Positions 23,792 to 38,700 of a stretch of 64,000 bases of DNA are shown in pieces. The notes below the pieces were generated by a model that was not told where the DNA came from, did not search any database, and was given only the letters and a program-made list of their open reading frames with translations. Made by a program: the position numbers and the translations under genes. Source of the stretch: Octopus sinensis. Its lineage: Eukaryota. Numbering within the stretch: the first letter of the stretch is position 1; each line of letters begins with the position of its first letter. The stretch lies in contig NW_021833252.1 of the NCBI RefSeq assembly GCF_006345805.1, positions 19,199 to 83,198 on the forward strand, written 5' to 3'.

Positions 23792-26700
23792 GGATCTTTT
23801 CCTTTTGAACGGCATACAATTTCTAGTTAACTAAACACTTTAAAACTTCGTATACTAGTAGAATGTGTTTATAAAACATCTTTTTCTCTTGGCTTTATTG
23901 AGAAAATTCTATAGTGGATTTTTCCTTTTGAACGGTACACAATATCTAGTTAACTAAACGCTTTTAAACTTCGTATACTGGTAGAATGTGTTTATAAAAC
24001 ATCTTTTTCTCTTGGCTTTAATGAGAAAATTCTATAGTGGATCTTTTCCTTTTGAACGGCACACAATTTCTAGTTAACTAAACACTTTTAAACTTCGTAT
24101 ACTGGTAGAATGTGTTTATAAAACATCTTTTTCTCTTGCCCTTATTGAGAAAATTCTAAGGTGGATCTTTTCCTTTTGAACGGTACACAATTTCTAGTTA
24201 ACGGAACACTTTTAAACTACGTATACTGGTAGAATGTGTTTATAAAACATCTTTTTCTCTTGGCTTTATTGAGAAAATTCTATAGTGGATCTTTTCCTTT
24301 TGAACGGCATACAATTTCTAGTTAACTAAACACTTTTAAACTTCGTATACTGGTAGAATGTTATAAAACATCTTTTTCTCTTGGCTTTATTGAGAAAATT
24401 CTACAGTGGATCTTTTCCTTTTGAAAGGTACACGATATCTAGTTAACTAAACACTTTTAAACTTCGTATACTGGTAGAATGTGTTTATAAAACATCTTTT
24501 TCTCTTGGCTTTATTGAGAAAATTCTATAGTGGATCTTTTCCTTTTGAACGGTACACGATATCTAGTTAACTAAACGCTTTTAAACATCGTATACTGGTA
24601 GAATGTGTTTATAAAACATCTTTTTCTCTTGGCTTTATTGAGAAAATTCTATAGTGGATCTTTTCCTTTTGAACGGCACACAAATTCTAGTTAACTAAAC
24701 GCTTGAAACTTCGTATACTGGTAGAATGTGTTTATAAAACATCTTTTTCTCTTGGCTTTATTGAGAAAATTCTATAGTGGATCTTTTCCTTTTGAACGGT
24801 ACACGATATCTAGTTAACTAAACGCTTTTAAACTTCGTATACTGGTAGAATGTGTTTATAACACATCTTTTTCTCTTGGCTTTATTGAGAAAATTCTATA
24901 GTGGATCTTTTCCTTTTGAACGGCACACAAATTCTAGTTAACTAAACACTTGAAACTTCGTATACTGGTAGAATGTGTTTATAAAACATCTTTTTCTCTT
25001 GGCTTTATTGAGAAAATTCTATAGTGGATCTTTTCCTTTTGAACGGTACACGATATCTAGTTAACTAAACGCTTTTAAACTTCGTATACTGGTAGAATGT
25101 GTTTATAAAACATCTTTTTCTCTTGGCTTTATTGAGAAAATTCTATAGTGGATCTTTTCCTTTTGAACGGCACACAAATTCTAGTTAACTAAACACTTTA
25201 AACTTCGTATACTGGTAGAATGTGTTTATAAAACATCTTTTTCTCTTGGCTTTTTTGAGAGATTTCTATAGTGGATCTTTTCCTTTTGAACGGTACACAA
25301 TTTCTAGTTAACTAAACACGTTAAACTTCGTATACTGGTAGATTGTTTTTATAAAGCATCGTTTTCTCTTGGCTTTATTGACAAAATTCTATAGTGGATC
25401 TTTTCCTTTTGAACGGCAGACAATTTCTAGTTAACTAAACACGTTAAACTTCGTATACTGGTAGATTGTTTTTATAAAACATCTTTTTCTCTTGGCTTTA
25501 TTGAGAAAATTCTATAGTGGATCTTTCCCTTTTGAAAGGTACACAATTTCTAGTTAACTAAACACTGTTAAACTTCTTATACTGGTAGATTGTTTTTATA
25601 AAACATCGTTTTCACTTGGCTTTATTGAGAAAATTCTATAGTGGATCTTTTCCTTTTGAACGGCACACAATTTCTAGTTAACTAAACACGTTAAACTTCG
25701 TATACTGGTAGATTGTTTTTATAAAACATCTTTTTCTCTTGGCTTTATTGAGAAAATTCTATATTGGATCTTTTCCTTTTGAAAGGCACACAATTTCTAC
25801 TTAACTAAACGCTTCTAAACTTCGTTTACTTGTAGAATGTGTTTATAAAACATCTTTTTCTCTTGGCTTTATTGAGAAAATTCTATAGTGGATTTTTTCC
25901 TTTTGAACGGTACACAATTTGTAATTAACAAAGCACTTTTAAACTTCGTATACTGGTAGAATGTGTTTATAAAACATCTTTTTCTCTTGGCTTTATTGAG
26001 AAAATTCTATAGTGGATCTTTTCCTTTTGAACGGCACACAATTTCTAGTTAACTAAACGCTTTTAAACTTCGTATACTGGTAGAATATGTTTATAAAACA
26101 TCTTTTTCTCTTGGCTTTATTGTGAAGATTCTATGGTGGATCTTTACCTTTTGAACGGCACACAATTTCTATTTAAGTAAACACTTTGAAACTTCGTATA
26201 CTGGTAGATTGTTTGTATATAAAATGTTTTTCTCTTGGCCTTATTGAGAAAATTGTATAGTGGATCTTTTCCTTTTGAACGGCTCACAATTTCTAGTTAA
26301 CTAAACACGTTAAACTTCGTATACTGGTAGATTGTTTTTATAAAACATCGTTTTCTCTTGGCTTTATTGAGAAAATTCTATAGTGGATCTTTTCCTTTTG
26401 AACGGCAGACAATTTCTAGTTAACTAAACACGTGAAACTTCGTATACTGGTAGATTGTTTTTATAAAACATCTTTTTCTCTTGGCTTTATTGAGAAAATT
26501 CTATAGTGTATCTTTCCCTTTTGAAAGGTACACAATTTCTAGTTAACTAAACACTGTTAAACTTCGTCTACTGGTAGATTGTTTTTATAAAACATCGTTT
26601 ACACTTGGCTTTATTGAAAAAATTCTATAGTGGATCTTTTCCTTTTGAACGGCACACAATTTCTAGTTAACTAAACACGTTAAACTTCGTATACTGGTAG

Positions 26701-29700
26701 ATTGTTTTTATAAAACATCTTTTTCTCTTGGCTTTATTGAGAAAATTCTATAGTGGATCTTTTCCTTTTGAAAGGTACACAATTTCTAGTTAACTAAACA
26801 CTGTTAAACTTCGTCTACTGGTAGATTGTTTTTATAAAACATCGTTTACACTTGGCTTTATTGAGAAAATTCTATAGTGGATCTTTTCCTTTTGAACGGC
26901 ACACAATTTCTAGTTAACTAAACACGTTAAACTTCGTATACTGGTAGATTGTTTTTATAAAACATCTTTTTCTCTTGGCTTTATTGAGAAAATTCTATAG
27001 TGGATCTTTTCCTTTTGAACGGTACACAATTTCTAGTTAACTAAACACTGTTAAACTTCGTATACTGGTAGATTGTTTTTATAAAACATCTTTTTCTCTT
27101 GGCTTTATTGAGAAAATTCTATAGTGGATCTTTTCCTTTTGAACGGCACACAATTTCTAGTTAACTAAACGCTGTTAAACTTCGTTTAATTGTAGAATGT
27201 GTTTATAAAACATCTTTTTCTCTTGGCTTTATTGAGAAAATTCTATAGTGGATCTTTTCTTTTTTAACGGTACACAAATTCTAGTAAACAAAACACTTTT
27301 AAACTTCGAATACCGGTAGATTGTGTTTATAAAACATCTTTTTCTCATGGCTCTATTCAGAAAATTCTATAGTGGATCTTTTCCTTTTGAACGTTACACA
27401 ATTTTTAGTTAACTAAACGCTTTTAAACTTCGTATACTGGTAGAATGTGTTTATACAACATCTGTTTGTTTTGTCTTTATTGAGAAAATATAATAGTGCA
27501 TCTTTTCCTTTTGAACGGTACACAATATCTAGTTAACTAAATGCTTTTAAACTTCGTATGCTGGTAGATTGTTTGTATAAAACATCTTTTTCTCTTGGCT
27601 TTATTGAGAAAATTCTACAGTGGATCTTTTCCTTTTGAACGGCACACAATTTCTAGTTAACTAAACACTTTTAAACTTCGTATACTGGTAGAATGTCTTT
27701 ATAAAACATCTTTTTCTCTTGGCTTTATTGAGAAAATTCTATAGTGGATTTTTTCCTTTTGAACGGTACACAATTTGTAATTAACAAAGCACTTTTAAAC
27801 TTCGTATACTGGTAGAATGTGTTTATAAAACATCTTTTTCTCTTGGCTTTATTGAGAAAATTCTATAGTGGATTTTTTCCTTTTGAACGGTACACAATTT
27901 GTAATTAACAAAGCACTTTTAAACTTCGTATACTTGTAGAATGTGTTTATAAAACATCTTTTTCTCTTGGCTTTTTTGAGAGATTTCTATAGTGGATCTT
28001 TTCCTTTTGAACGGTACACAATTTCTAGTTAACTAAACACGTTAAACTTCGTATACTGGTAGATTGTTTTTATAAAGCATCGTTTTCTCTTGGCTTTATT
28101 GACAAAATTCTATAGTGGATCTTTTCCTTTTGAACGGCAGACAATTTCTAGTTAACTAAACACGTTAAACTTCGTATACTGGTAGATTGTTTTTATAAAA
28201 CATCTTTTTTCTCTGGCTTTATTGAGAAAATTCTATAGTGGATCTTTCCCTTTTGAAAGGTACACAATTTCTAGTTAACTAAACACTGTTAAACTTCTTA
28301 TACTGGTAGATTGTTTTTATAAAACATCGTTTTCACTTGGCTTTATTGAGAAAATTCTATAGTGGATCTTTTCCTTTTGAACGGCACACAATTTCTAGTT
28401 AACTAAACACGTTAAACTTCGTATACTGGTAGATTGTTTTTATAAAACATCTTTTTCTCTTGGCTTTATTGAGAAAATTCTATAGTGGATCTTTTCCTTT
28501 TGAAAGGCACACAATTTCTACTTAACTAAACGCTTCTAAACTTCGTTTACTTGTAGAATGTGTTTATAAAACATCTTTTTCTCTTGGCTTTATTGAGAAA
28601 ATTCTATAGTGGATTTTTTCCTTTTGAACGGTACACAATTTGTAATTAACAAAGCACTTTTAAACTTCGTATACTGGTAGAATGTGTTTATAAAACATCT
28701 TTTTCTCTTGGCTTTATTGAGAAAATTCTATAGTGGATCTTTTCCTTTTGAACGGCACACAATTTCTAGTTAACTAAACGCTTTTAAACTTCGTATACTG
28801 GTAGAATATGTTTATAAAACATCTTTTTCTCTTGGCTTTATTGTGAAAATTCTATAGTGGATCTTTCCCTTTTGAAAGGTACACAATTTCTAGTTAACTA
28901 AACACTTTTAAACTTCGTATACTGGTAGATTGTTTGTATATAAAATGTTTTTCTCTTGGCCTTATTGAGAAAATTGTATAGTGGATCTTTTCCTTTTGAA
29001 CGGCTCACAATTTCTAGTTAACTAAACACGTTAAACTTCGTATACTGGTAGATTGTTTTTATAAAACATCGTTTTCTCTTGGCTTTATTGAGAAAATTCT
29101 ATAGTGGATCTTTTCCTTTTGAACGGCAGACAATTTCTAGTTAACTAAACACGTGAAACTTCGTATACTGGTAGATTGTTTTTATAAAACATCTTTTTCT
29201 TGGCTTTATTGAGAAAATTCTATAGTGTATCTTCCCTTTTGAAAGGTACACAATTTCTAGTTAACTAAACACTGTTAAACTTCGTCTACTGGTAGATTGT
29301 TTTTATAAAACATCGTTTACACTTGGCTTTATTGAAAAAATTCTATAGTGGATCTTTTCCTTTTGAACGGCACACAATTTCTAGTTAACTAAACACGTTA
29401 AACTTCGTATACTGGTAGATTGTTTTTATAAAACATCTTTTTCTCTTGGCTTTATTGAGAAAATTCTATAGTGGATCTTTTCCTTTTGAAAGGTACACAA
29501 TTTCTAGTTAACTAAACACTGTTAAACTTCGTCTACTGGTAGATTGTTTTTATAAAACATCGTTTACACTTGGCTTTATTGAGAAAATTCTATAGTGGAT
29601 CTTTTCCTTTTGAACGGCACACAATTTCTAGTTAACTAAACACTTTTAAACTTCGTATACTGGTAGATTGTTTTTATAAAACATCTTTTTCTCTTGGCTT

Positions 29701-32700
29701 TATTGAGAAAATTCTATAGTGGATCTTTTCCTTTTGAACGGTACACAATTTCTAGTTAACTAAACACTGTTAAACTTCGTATACTGGTAGATTGTTTTTA
29801 TAAAACATCTTTTTCTCTTGGCTTTATTGAGAAAATTCTATAGTGGATCTTTTCCTTTTGAACGGCACACAATTTCTAGTTAACTAAACGCTGTTAAACT
29901 TCGTTTAATTGTAGAATGTGTTTATAAAACATCTTTTTCTCTTGGCTTTATTGAGAAAATTCTATAGTGGATCTTTTCTTTTTTAACGGTACACAATTTC
30001 TAGTTAACTAAACACTTTTAAACTTCGAATACCGGTAGATTGTGTTTATAAAACATCTTTTTCTCATGGCTCTATTCAGAAAATTCTATAGTGGATCTTT
30101 TCCTTTTGAACGTTACACAATTTTTAGTTAACTAAACGCTTTTAAACTTCGTATACTGGTAGAATGTGTTTATACAACATCTGTTTGTTTTGTCTTTATT
30201 GAGAAAATATATAGTGCATCTTTTCCTTTTGAACGGTACACAATATCTAGTTAACTAAATGCTTTTAAACTTCGTATGCTGGTAGATTGTTTGTATAAAA
30301 CATCTTTTTCTCTTGGCTTTATTGAGAAAATTCTATAGTGGATCTTTTCCTTTTGAACGGCACACAATTTCTAGTTAACTAAACGCTTTTAATCTTCGTA
30401 TACTGGTAGAATGTGTTTATAAAACATCTTTTTCTCTTGGCTTTATTGAGAAAATTCTATAGTGGATTTTTTCCTTTTGAACGGTACACAATTTGTAATT
30501 AACAAAGCACTTTTAAACTTCGTATACTGGTAGAATGTGTTTATAAAACATCTTTTTCTCTTGGCTTTATTGAGAAAATTCTATAGTGGATTTTTTCCTT
30601 TTGAACGGTACACAATTTGTAATTAACAAAGCACTTTTAAACTTCGTATACTTGTAGAATGTGTTTATAAAACATCTTTTTCTCTTGGCTTTATTGAGAA
30701 AATTCTATAGTGGATTTTTTCCTTTTGAACGGTACCCAATTTGTAATTAACAAAACACTTTTAAACTTCGTATACTGGTAGAATGTGATTATACATCTTT
30801 TTCTCTTGGCTTTATTGTGAAAATTCTATAGTGGATTTTTTCCTTTTGAACGGTACACAATTTGTAATTAACAAAGCACTTTTAAACTTCGTATACTGGT
30901 AGAATGTGTTTATAAAACATCTTTTTGTCTTGGCTTTATTGAGAAAATTCTATAGTGGATTTTTTCCTTTTGAACGGTACACAATTTGTAATTAACAAAG
31001 CACTTTTAAACTTCGTATACTGGTAGAATGTGTTTATAACACATCTTTTTCTCTTGGCTTTATTGAGAAAATTCTATAGTGGATCTTTTCCTTTTGAACG
31101 GCACACAATTACTAGTTAACTAAACGCTTTTAAACTTCGTATATGGTAGAATGTGTCTATAAAACATATTTTTCTCTTGGCTTTATTGTGAAGATTCTAT
31201 GGTGGATCTTTTCCTTTTGAACGGCACACAATTTCTATTTAAGTAAACACTTTTAAACTTCGTATACTGGTAGAATGTGTTTATAAAACATCTTTTTCTC
31301 TTGGCTTCATTGAGAAAATTCTATAGTGGATCTTTTCCTTTTGAACGGCTCACAATTTCTAGTTAACTAAACACTTTTTAACTTCGTATGCTGGTAGAAT
31401 GTGTTTATAAAACATGTTTTTCTCTTGGCTTTATTGAGAAAATTCTATAGTGGATCTTTTCCTTTTGAACGGCACACAATTTCTAGTTAACTAAACACTT
31501 TTAAACTTCGTATACTGGTAGAATATGTTTATAAAACATCTTTTTCTCTTGGCTTTATTGAGAAAATTCTATAGTGGATTTTTTCCTTTTGAACGGTACA
31601 GAATTTGTAATTAACAAAGCACTTTTAAACTTCGTATACTGGTAGAATGTGTTTATGAAACATCTTTTTCTCTTGGCTTTATTGAGAAAATTCTATAGTG
31701 GATCTTTTCCTTTTGAACGCCACATAATTTCTAATTAACAAAACACTTTTAAACTTCGTATACTGGTAGAATGTGTTTATAAAACATCTTTTTCTCTTGG
31801 CTTTATTGAGAAAATTCTATAGTGGATCTTTTCCTTTTGAAGGCAACATAATTTCTAATTAACAAAACACTTTTACACTTCGTATACTGGTAGAATGTGT
31901 TTATAAAACATCTTTTTCTCTTGGCTTTATTGAGAAAATTCTATAGTGGATCTTTTCCTTTTGAACGGTACACGATATCTAGTTAACTAAACGCTTGTAA
32001 ACTTCGTATACTGGTAGAATGTGTTTATAAAACATCTTTTTCTCTTGGCTTTATTGAGAAAATTCTATAGTGGATCTTTTCCTTTTGAACGGCACACAAT
32101 TTCTAGTTAACTAAACACTTTTAAACTTCGTATACTGGTAGAATATGTTTATAAAACATCTTTTTCTCTTGGCTTTATTGAGAAAATTCTATAGTGGATT
32201 TTTTCCTTTTGAACGGTACAGAATTTGTAATTAACAAAGCACTTTTAAACTTCGTATACTGGTAGAATGTGTTTATGAAACATCTTTTTCTCTTGGCTTT
32301 ATTGAGAAAATTCTATAGTGGATCTTTTCCTTTTGAACGCCACATAATTTCTAATTAACAAAACACTTTTAAACTTCGTATACTGGTAGAATGTGTTTAT
32401 AAAACATCTTTTTCTCTTGGCTTTATTGAGAAAATTCTATAGTGGATCTTTTCCTTTTGAAGGCAACATAATTTCTAATTAACAAAACACTTTTAAACTT
32501 CGTATACTGGTAGAATGTGTTTATAAAACATCTTTTTCTCTTGGCTTTATTGAGAAAATTCTATAGTGGATCTTTTCCTTTTGAACGGTACACGATATCT
32601 AGTTAACTAAACGCTTGTAAACTTCGTATACTGGTAGAATGTGTTTATAAAACATCTTTTTCTCTTGGCTTTATTGAGAAAATTCTATAGTGGATCTTTT

Positions 32701-35700
32701 CCTTTTGAACGGCACACAAATTCTAGTTAACTAAACACTTTAAACTTCGTATACTGGTAGAATGTGTTTATAAAACATCTTTTTCTCTTGGCTTTTTTGA
32801 GAGATTTCTATAGTGGATCTTTTTCTTTTGAACGGTACACAATTTCTAGTTAACTAAACACGTTAAACTTCGTATACTGGTAGAATGTGTTTATAAAACA
32901 TCTTTTTCTCTTGGCTTCATTGAGAAAATTCTATAGTGGATCTTTTCCTTTTGAACGGTACACGATATCTAGTTAACTAAACGCTTTTAAACATCGTATA
33001 CTGGTAGAATGTGTTTATAAAACATCTTTTTCTCTTGGCTTTATTGAGAAAATTCTATAGTGGATCTTTTCCTTTTGAACGGCACACAAATTCTAGTTAA
33101 CTAAACTCGTTAAACTTCGTATACTGGTAGATTGTTTTTATAAAACATCGTTTTCTCTTGGCTTTATTGAGAAAATTCTATAGTGGATCTTTTCCTTTTG
33201 AACGGCAGACAATTTCTAGTTAACTAAACTCGTTAAACTTCGTATACTGGTAGATTGTTTTTATAAAACATCTTTTTCTCTTGGCATTATTGAGAAAATT
33301 CTATAGTGGATCTTTCCCTTTTGAAAGGTACACAATTTCTAGTTAACTAAACACTGTTAAACTTCGTATACTGGTAGATTGTTTTTATAAAACATCGTTT
33401 TCACTTGGCTTTATTGAGAAAATTCTATAGTGGATCTTTTCCTTTTGAACGGCACACAATTTCTAGTTAACTAAACACGTTAAACTTCGTATACTGGTAG
33501 ATTGTTTTTATAAAACATCTTTTTCTCTTGGCTTTATTGAGAAAATTCTATAGTGGATCTTTTCCTTTTGAACGGTACACAATTTCTAGTTAACTAAACA
33601 CTGTTAAACTTCGTTTACTTGTAGAATGTGTTTATAAAACATCTTTTACTCTTGGCTTTATTGAGAAAATTCTATAGTGGATCTTTTCCTTTGTAACGGT
33701 ACACAATTTCTAGTTAACAAAACACTTTTAAACTTCGAATACCGGTAGAATGTGTTTATAAAACATCTTTTTCTCATGGCTCTATTGAGAAAATTCTATT
33801 GTGGATTTTTTCCTTTTGAACGGTACACAATTTCTAGTTAACTAAACGCTTTTAAACTTCGTATACTGGTAGAATGTGTTTATACAACATCTGTTTGTTT
33901 TGTCTTTATTGAGAAAATATAATAGTGGATCTTTTCCTTTTGAACGGTACACGATATCTAGTTAACTAAACGCTTGTAAACTTCGTATACTGGTAGAATG
34001 TGTTTATACATCTTTTTCTCTTGGCTTTATTGATAAAATTCTATAGTGGATCTTTTCCTTTTGAACGGTACACAATTTCTTGTTAACGAAACGCTTTTAA
34101 ACTTCGTATACTGGTAGAATGTGTTTATAAAACATCTTTTTCTCTTGGCTTTATTGAGAAAATTGTATAGTGGATCTTTCCCTTTTGAACGCCACATATT
34201 TTCTAATTAACAAAACACTTTTAAACTTCGTATACTGGTAGAATGTGTTTATAAAACATCTTTTTCTCTTGGCTTTATTGAGAAAATTCTATAGTAGATC
34301 TTTTCCTTTTGAACGAAATACAATTTCTAGTTAACTAAACACTTTTATACTTCGTATACTGGTAGATTGTTTTTATAAAACATCTTTTTCTCTTGGCTTT
34401 ATTGAGAAAATTCTATAGTGGATCTTTTCCTTTTGAACGGTACACAATTTCTAGTTAACAAAACGCTTTGAAACTTCGTATACTGGTAGAATGTGTTTAT
34501 AAAACATCTTTTTCTCTTGGCTTTATTGAGAAAATTCTATAGTGGATCTTTTCCTTTTGAACGCCACATAATTTCTAATTAACAAAACACTTTTAAACTT
34601 CGTATACTGGTAGAATGTGTTTATAAAACATCTTTTTCTCTTGGCTTTATTGAGAAAATTCTATAGTGGATCTTTTCCTTTTGAACGAAATACAATTTCT
34701 AGTTAACTAAACACTTTTAAACTTCGTATACTGGTAGATTGTTTTTATAAAACATCTTTTTCTCTTGGCTTTATTGAGAAAATTCTATAGTGGATCTTTT
34801 CCTTTTGAACGGTACAAAATTTCTAGTTAACAAAACGCTTTGAATCTTCGTATACTGGTAGAATATGTTTATAACACATCTTTTTCTCTTGGTTTTATTG
34901 AGAAAATTCTATAGTGGATCTTTTCCTTTTGAACGGCACACAATTTCTAGTTAACTAAACAGTTTGAAACTTCGTATGCTGGTAGAATGTGTTTATAAAA
35001 CATCTTTTTCTCTTGGCTTTCTTGAGAAAATTCTATAGTGGATTTTTTCCTTTTGAACGGTACACAATTTGTAATTAACAAAGCACTTTTAAACTTCGTA
35101 TACTGGTAGAATGTGTTTATAAAACATCTTTTTCTCTTGGCTTTATTGAGAAAATTCTATAGTGGATCTTTTCCTTTTGAACGGTACACAATTTGTAATT
35201 AACAAAGCACTTTTAAACTTCGGATACTGGTAGAATGTGTTTATAAAACATCTTTTTCTTTTGGCTTTATTGAGAAAATTCTATAGTGGATCTTTTCCTT
35301 TTGAACGGTACACAATTTGTAATTAACAAAGCACTTTTAAACTTGGGATACTGGTAGAATGTGTTTATAAAACATCTTTTTCTCTTGGCTTTATTGAGAA
35401 AATTCTATAGTGGATTTTTTCCTTTTGAACGGTACACAATTTGTAATTAACAAAGCACTTTTAAACTTCGTATACTGGTAGAATGTGTTTATAAAACATC
35501 TTTTTCTCTTGGCTTTATTTAGAAAATTCTATAGTGGATTTTTTCCTTTTGAACGGTACACAATTTGTAATTAACAAAACACTTTTAAACTTCGTATACT
35601 GGTAGAATGTGTTTATACATCTTTTTCTCTTGGCTTTATTGAGAAAATTCTATAGTGGATTTTTTCCTTTTGAACGGTACACAATTTGTAATTAACAAAG

Positions 35701-38700
35701 CACTTTTAAACTTCGTATACTGGTAGAATGTGTTTATAAAATATCTTTTTCTCTTGGCTTTATTGAGAAAATTCTATAGTGGATTTTTTCCTTTTGAACG
35801 GTACACAATTTGTAATTAACAAAGCACTTTTAAACTTCGTATACTGGTAGAATGTGTTTATAAAACATCTTTTTCTCTTGGCTTTATTGAGAAAATTCTA
35901 TAGTGGATTTTTCCTTTTGAACGGTACACAATTGTAATTAACAAAGCACTTTTAAACTTCGTATACTGGTAGAATGTATTTATAAAACATATTTTTTCTC
36001 TTGGCTTTGTTTAGAAAATTCGATAGTGGATTTTTTCCTTTTGAACGGTACACAATTTGTAGTTAACTAAACACTTTTAAACTTCGTACACTGGTAGAAT
36101 GTGTTTATAAAACATCTATTTCTCTTGGCTTTTTTTGAGAAAGTTCAATAGTGGATCTTTTCCTTTTGAACGGCACACAATTTCTAGGTAACTAAACACT
36201 TTTAAACTTCGTAAACTGGTAGATTGTTTGTATAAAACATCTTTTTCTCTTGGCTTTATTGACAAAATTCTATAGTGGATCTTTTCCTTTTGAACGGCTC
36301 ACATTTTCTAGTTAACTAAACGCTTTTAAACTTCGTATACTGGTAGAATGTGTTTATAAATCATCTTTTTCACTTGGCTTTATTGTGAAGATTCTATGGT
36401 GGATCTTTTCCTTTTGAACGGCACACAATTTCTATTTAAGTAAACATTTTGAAACTTCGTATACTGGTAGATTGTTTGTTTATAACATGTTTTTCTCTTG
36501 GCTTTATTGAGAAAATTCTATAGTGGATTTTTTCCTTTTGAACGGTACACAATTTGTAATTAACAAAGCACTTTTAAACTTCGTATACTGGTAGAATGTG
36601 TTTATAAAACATCTTTTTCTCTTGGCTTTATTGAGAAAATTCTATAGTGGATTTTTTCCTTTTGAACGGTACACAATTTGTAATTAACAAAGCACTTTTA
36701 AACTTCGTATACTGGTAGAATGTGTTTATAAAACATCTTTTTTCGTGGCTTTATTGAGAAAATTCTATAGTGGATCTTTTCCATTTGAACGGTACACAAT
36801 TTCTAGTTAACAAAACGCTTTGAAACTTCGTATACTGGTAGAATGTGTTTATAAAACATCTTTTTCTCTTGGCTTTATTGAGAAAATTCTATAGTGGATC
36901 TTTTCCTTTTGAACGAAATACAATTTCTAGTTAACTAAACACTTTTAAACTTCGTATACTGGTAGATTGTTTTTATAAAACATCTTTTTCTCTTGGCTTT
37001 ATTGAGAAAATTCTATAGTGGATTTTTTCCTTTTGAACGGTACACAATTTGTAATTAACAAAACACTTTTAAACTTCGTATACTGGTAGAATGTGTTTAT
37101 AAAACATCTTTTTCTCTTGGCTTTATTGAGAAAACTCTATAGTGGATCTTTTCCTTTTGAACGGTACACAATTTGTAATTAACAAAACACTTTTAAACTT
37201 CGTATACTTGTAGAATGTGTTTATAAAACATCTTTTTCTCTTGGCTTTATTGAGAAAATTCTATAGTGGATTTTTTCCATTTGAACGGTACACAATTTGT
37301 AATTAACAAAGCACTTTTAAACTTCGTATACTGGTAGAATGTGTTTATAAAATATCTTTTTCTCTTGGCTTTATTGAGAAAATTCTATAGTGGATTTTTC
37401 CCTTTTGAACGGTACACAATTTGTAATTAACAAAGCACTTTTAAACTTCGTATACTGGTAGAATGTGTTTATAAAACATCTTTTTCTCTTGGCTTTATTG
37501 ACAAAATTCTATAGTGGATTTTTTCCTTTTGAACGGTACACAATTTGTAATTAACAAAGCACTTTTAAACTTCGTATACTGGTAGAATGTATTTATAAAA
37601 CATATTTTTTCTCTTGGCTTTGTTTAGAAAATTCTATAGTGGATTTTTACCTTTTGAACGGTACACAATTTGTAGTTAACTAAACACTTTTAAACTTCGT
37701 ACACTGGTAGAATGTTTTATAAAACATCTATTTCTCTTGGCTTTTTGAGAAAGTTCTATAGTGGATCTTTTCCTTTTGAACGGCACACAATTTCTAGGTA
37801 ACTAAACACTTTTAAACTTCGTATACTGGTAGATGTTTGTATAAAACATCTTTTTCTCTTGGCTTTATTGACAAAATTCTATAGTGGATCTTTTCCTTTT
37901 GAACGGCTCACAATTTCTAGTTAACTAAACACATTTTAAACTTCGTATACTGGTAGAATGTGTTTATAAAACATTTTTCTCTTGGCTTTATTGAGAAAAT
38001 TCTATAGTGGATCTTTTCCTTTTGAACGGCACACAATTTCTAGTTAACTAAAAACTTTTAAACTTCGTATACTGGTAGAATGTGTTTATAAAACATCTTT
38101 TTCTCTTGGCTTTATTGAGAAAATTCTATAGTGGATTTTTTCCTTTTGAACGGTACACAATTTGTAATTAACAAAGCACTTTTAAACTTCGTATACTGGT
38201 AGTAGAATGTGTTTATAAAACATCTTTTCTCTTGGCTTTATTGAGAAAATTCTATAGTGGATTTTTTCCTTTTGAACGGTACACAATTTGTAATTAACAA
38301 AGCACTTTTAACCTTCGTATACTGGTAGAATGTGTTTATAAAACATCTTTTCTCTTGGCTTTATTGAGAAAATTCTGTAGTGGATTTTTTCCTTTTGAAC
38401 GGTACACAATTTGTAATTAACAAAGCACTTTTAAACTTCGTATACTGGTAGAATGTGTTTATAAAACATCTTTTTCTCGTGGCTTTATTGAGAAAATTCT
38501 ATAGTGGATTTTTTCCATTTGAACGGTACACAATTTCTAGTTAACAAAACGCTTTGAAACTTCGTATACTGGTAGAATGTGTTTGTAAAACATCTTTTTC
38601 TCTTGGCTTTATTGAGAAAATTCTATCGTGGATCTTTTCCTTTTGAACGAAATACAATTTCTAGTTAACTAAACACTTTTAAACTTCGTATACTGGTAGA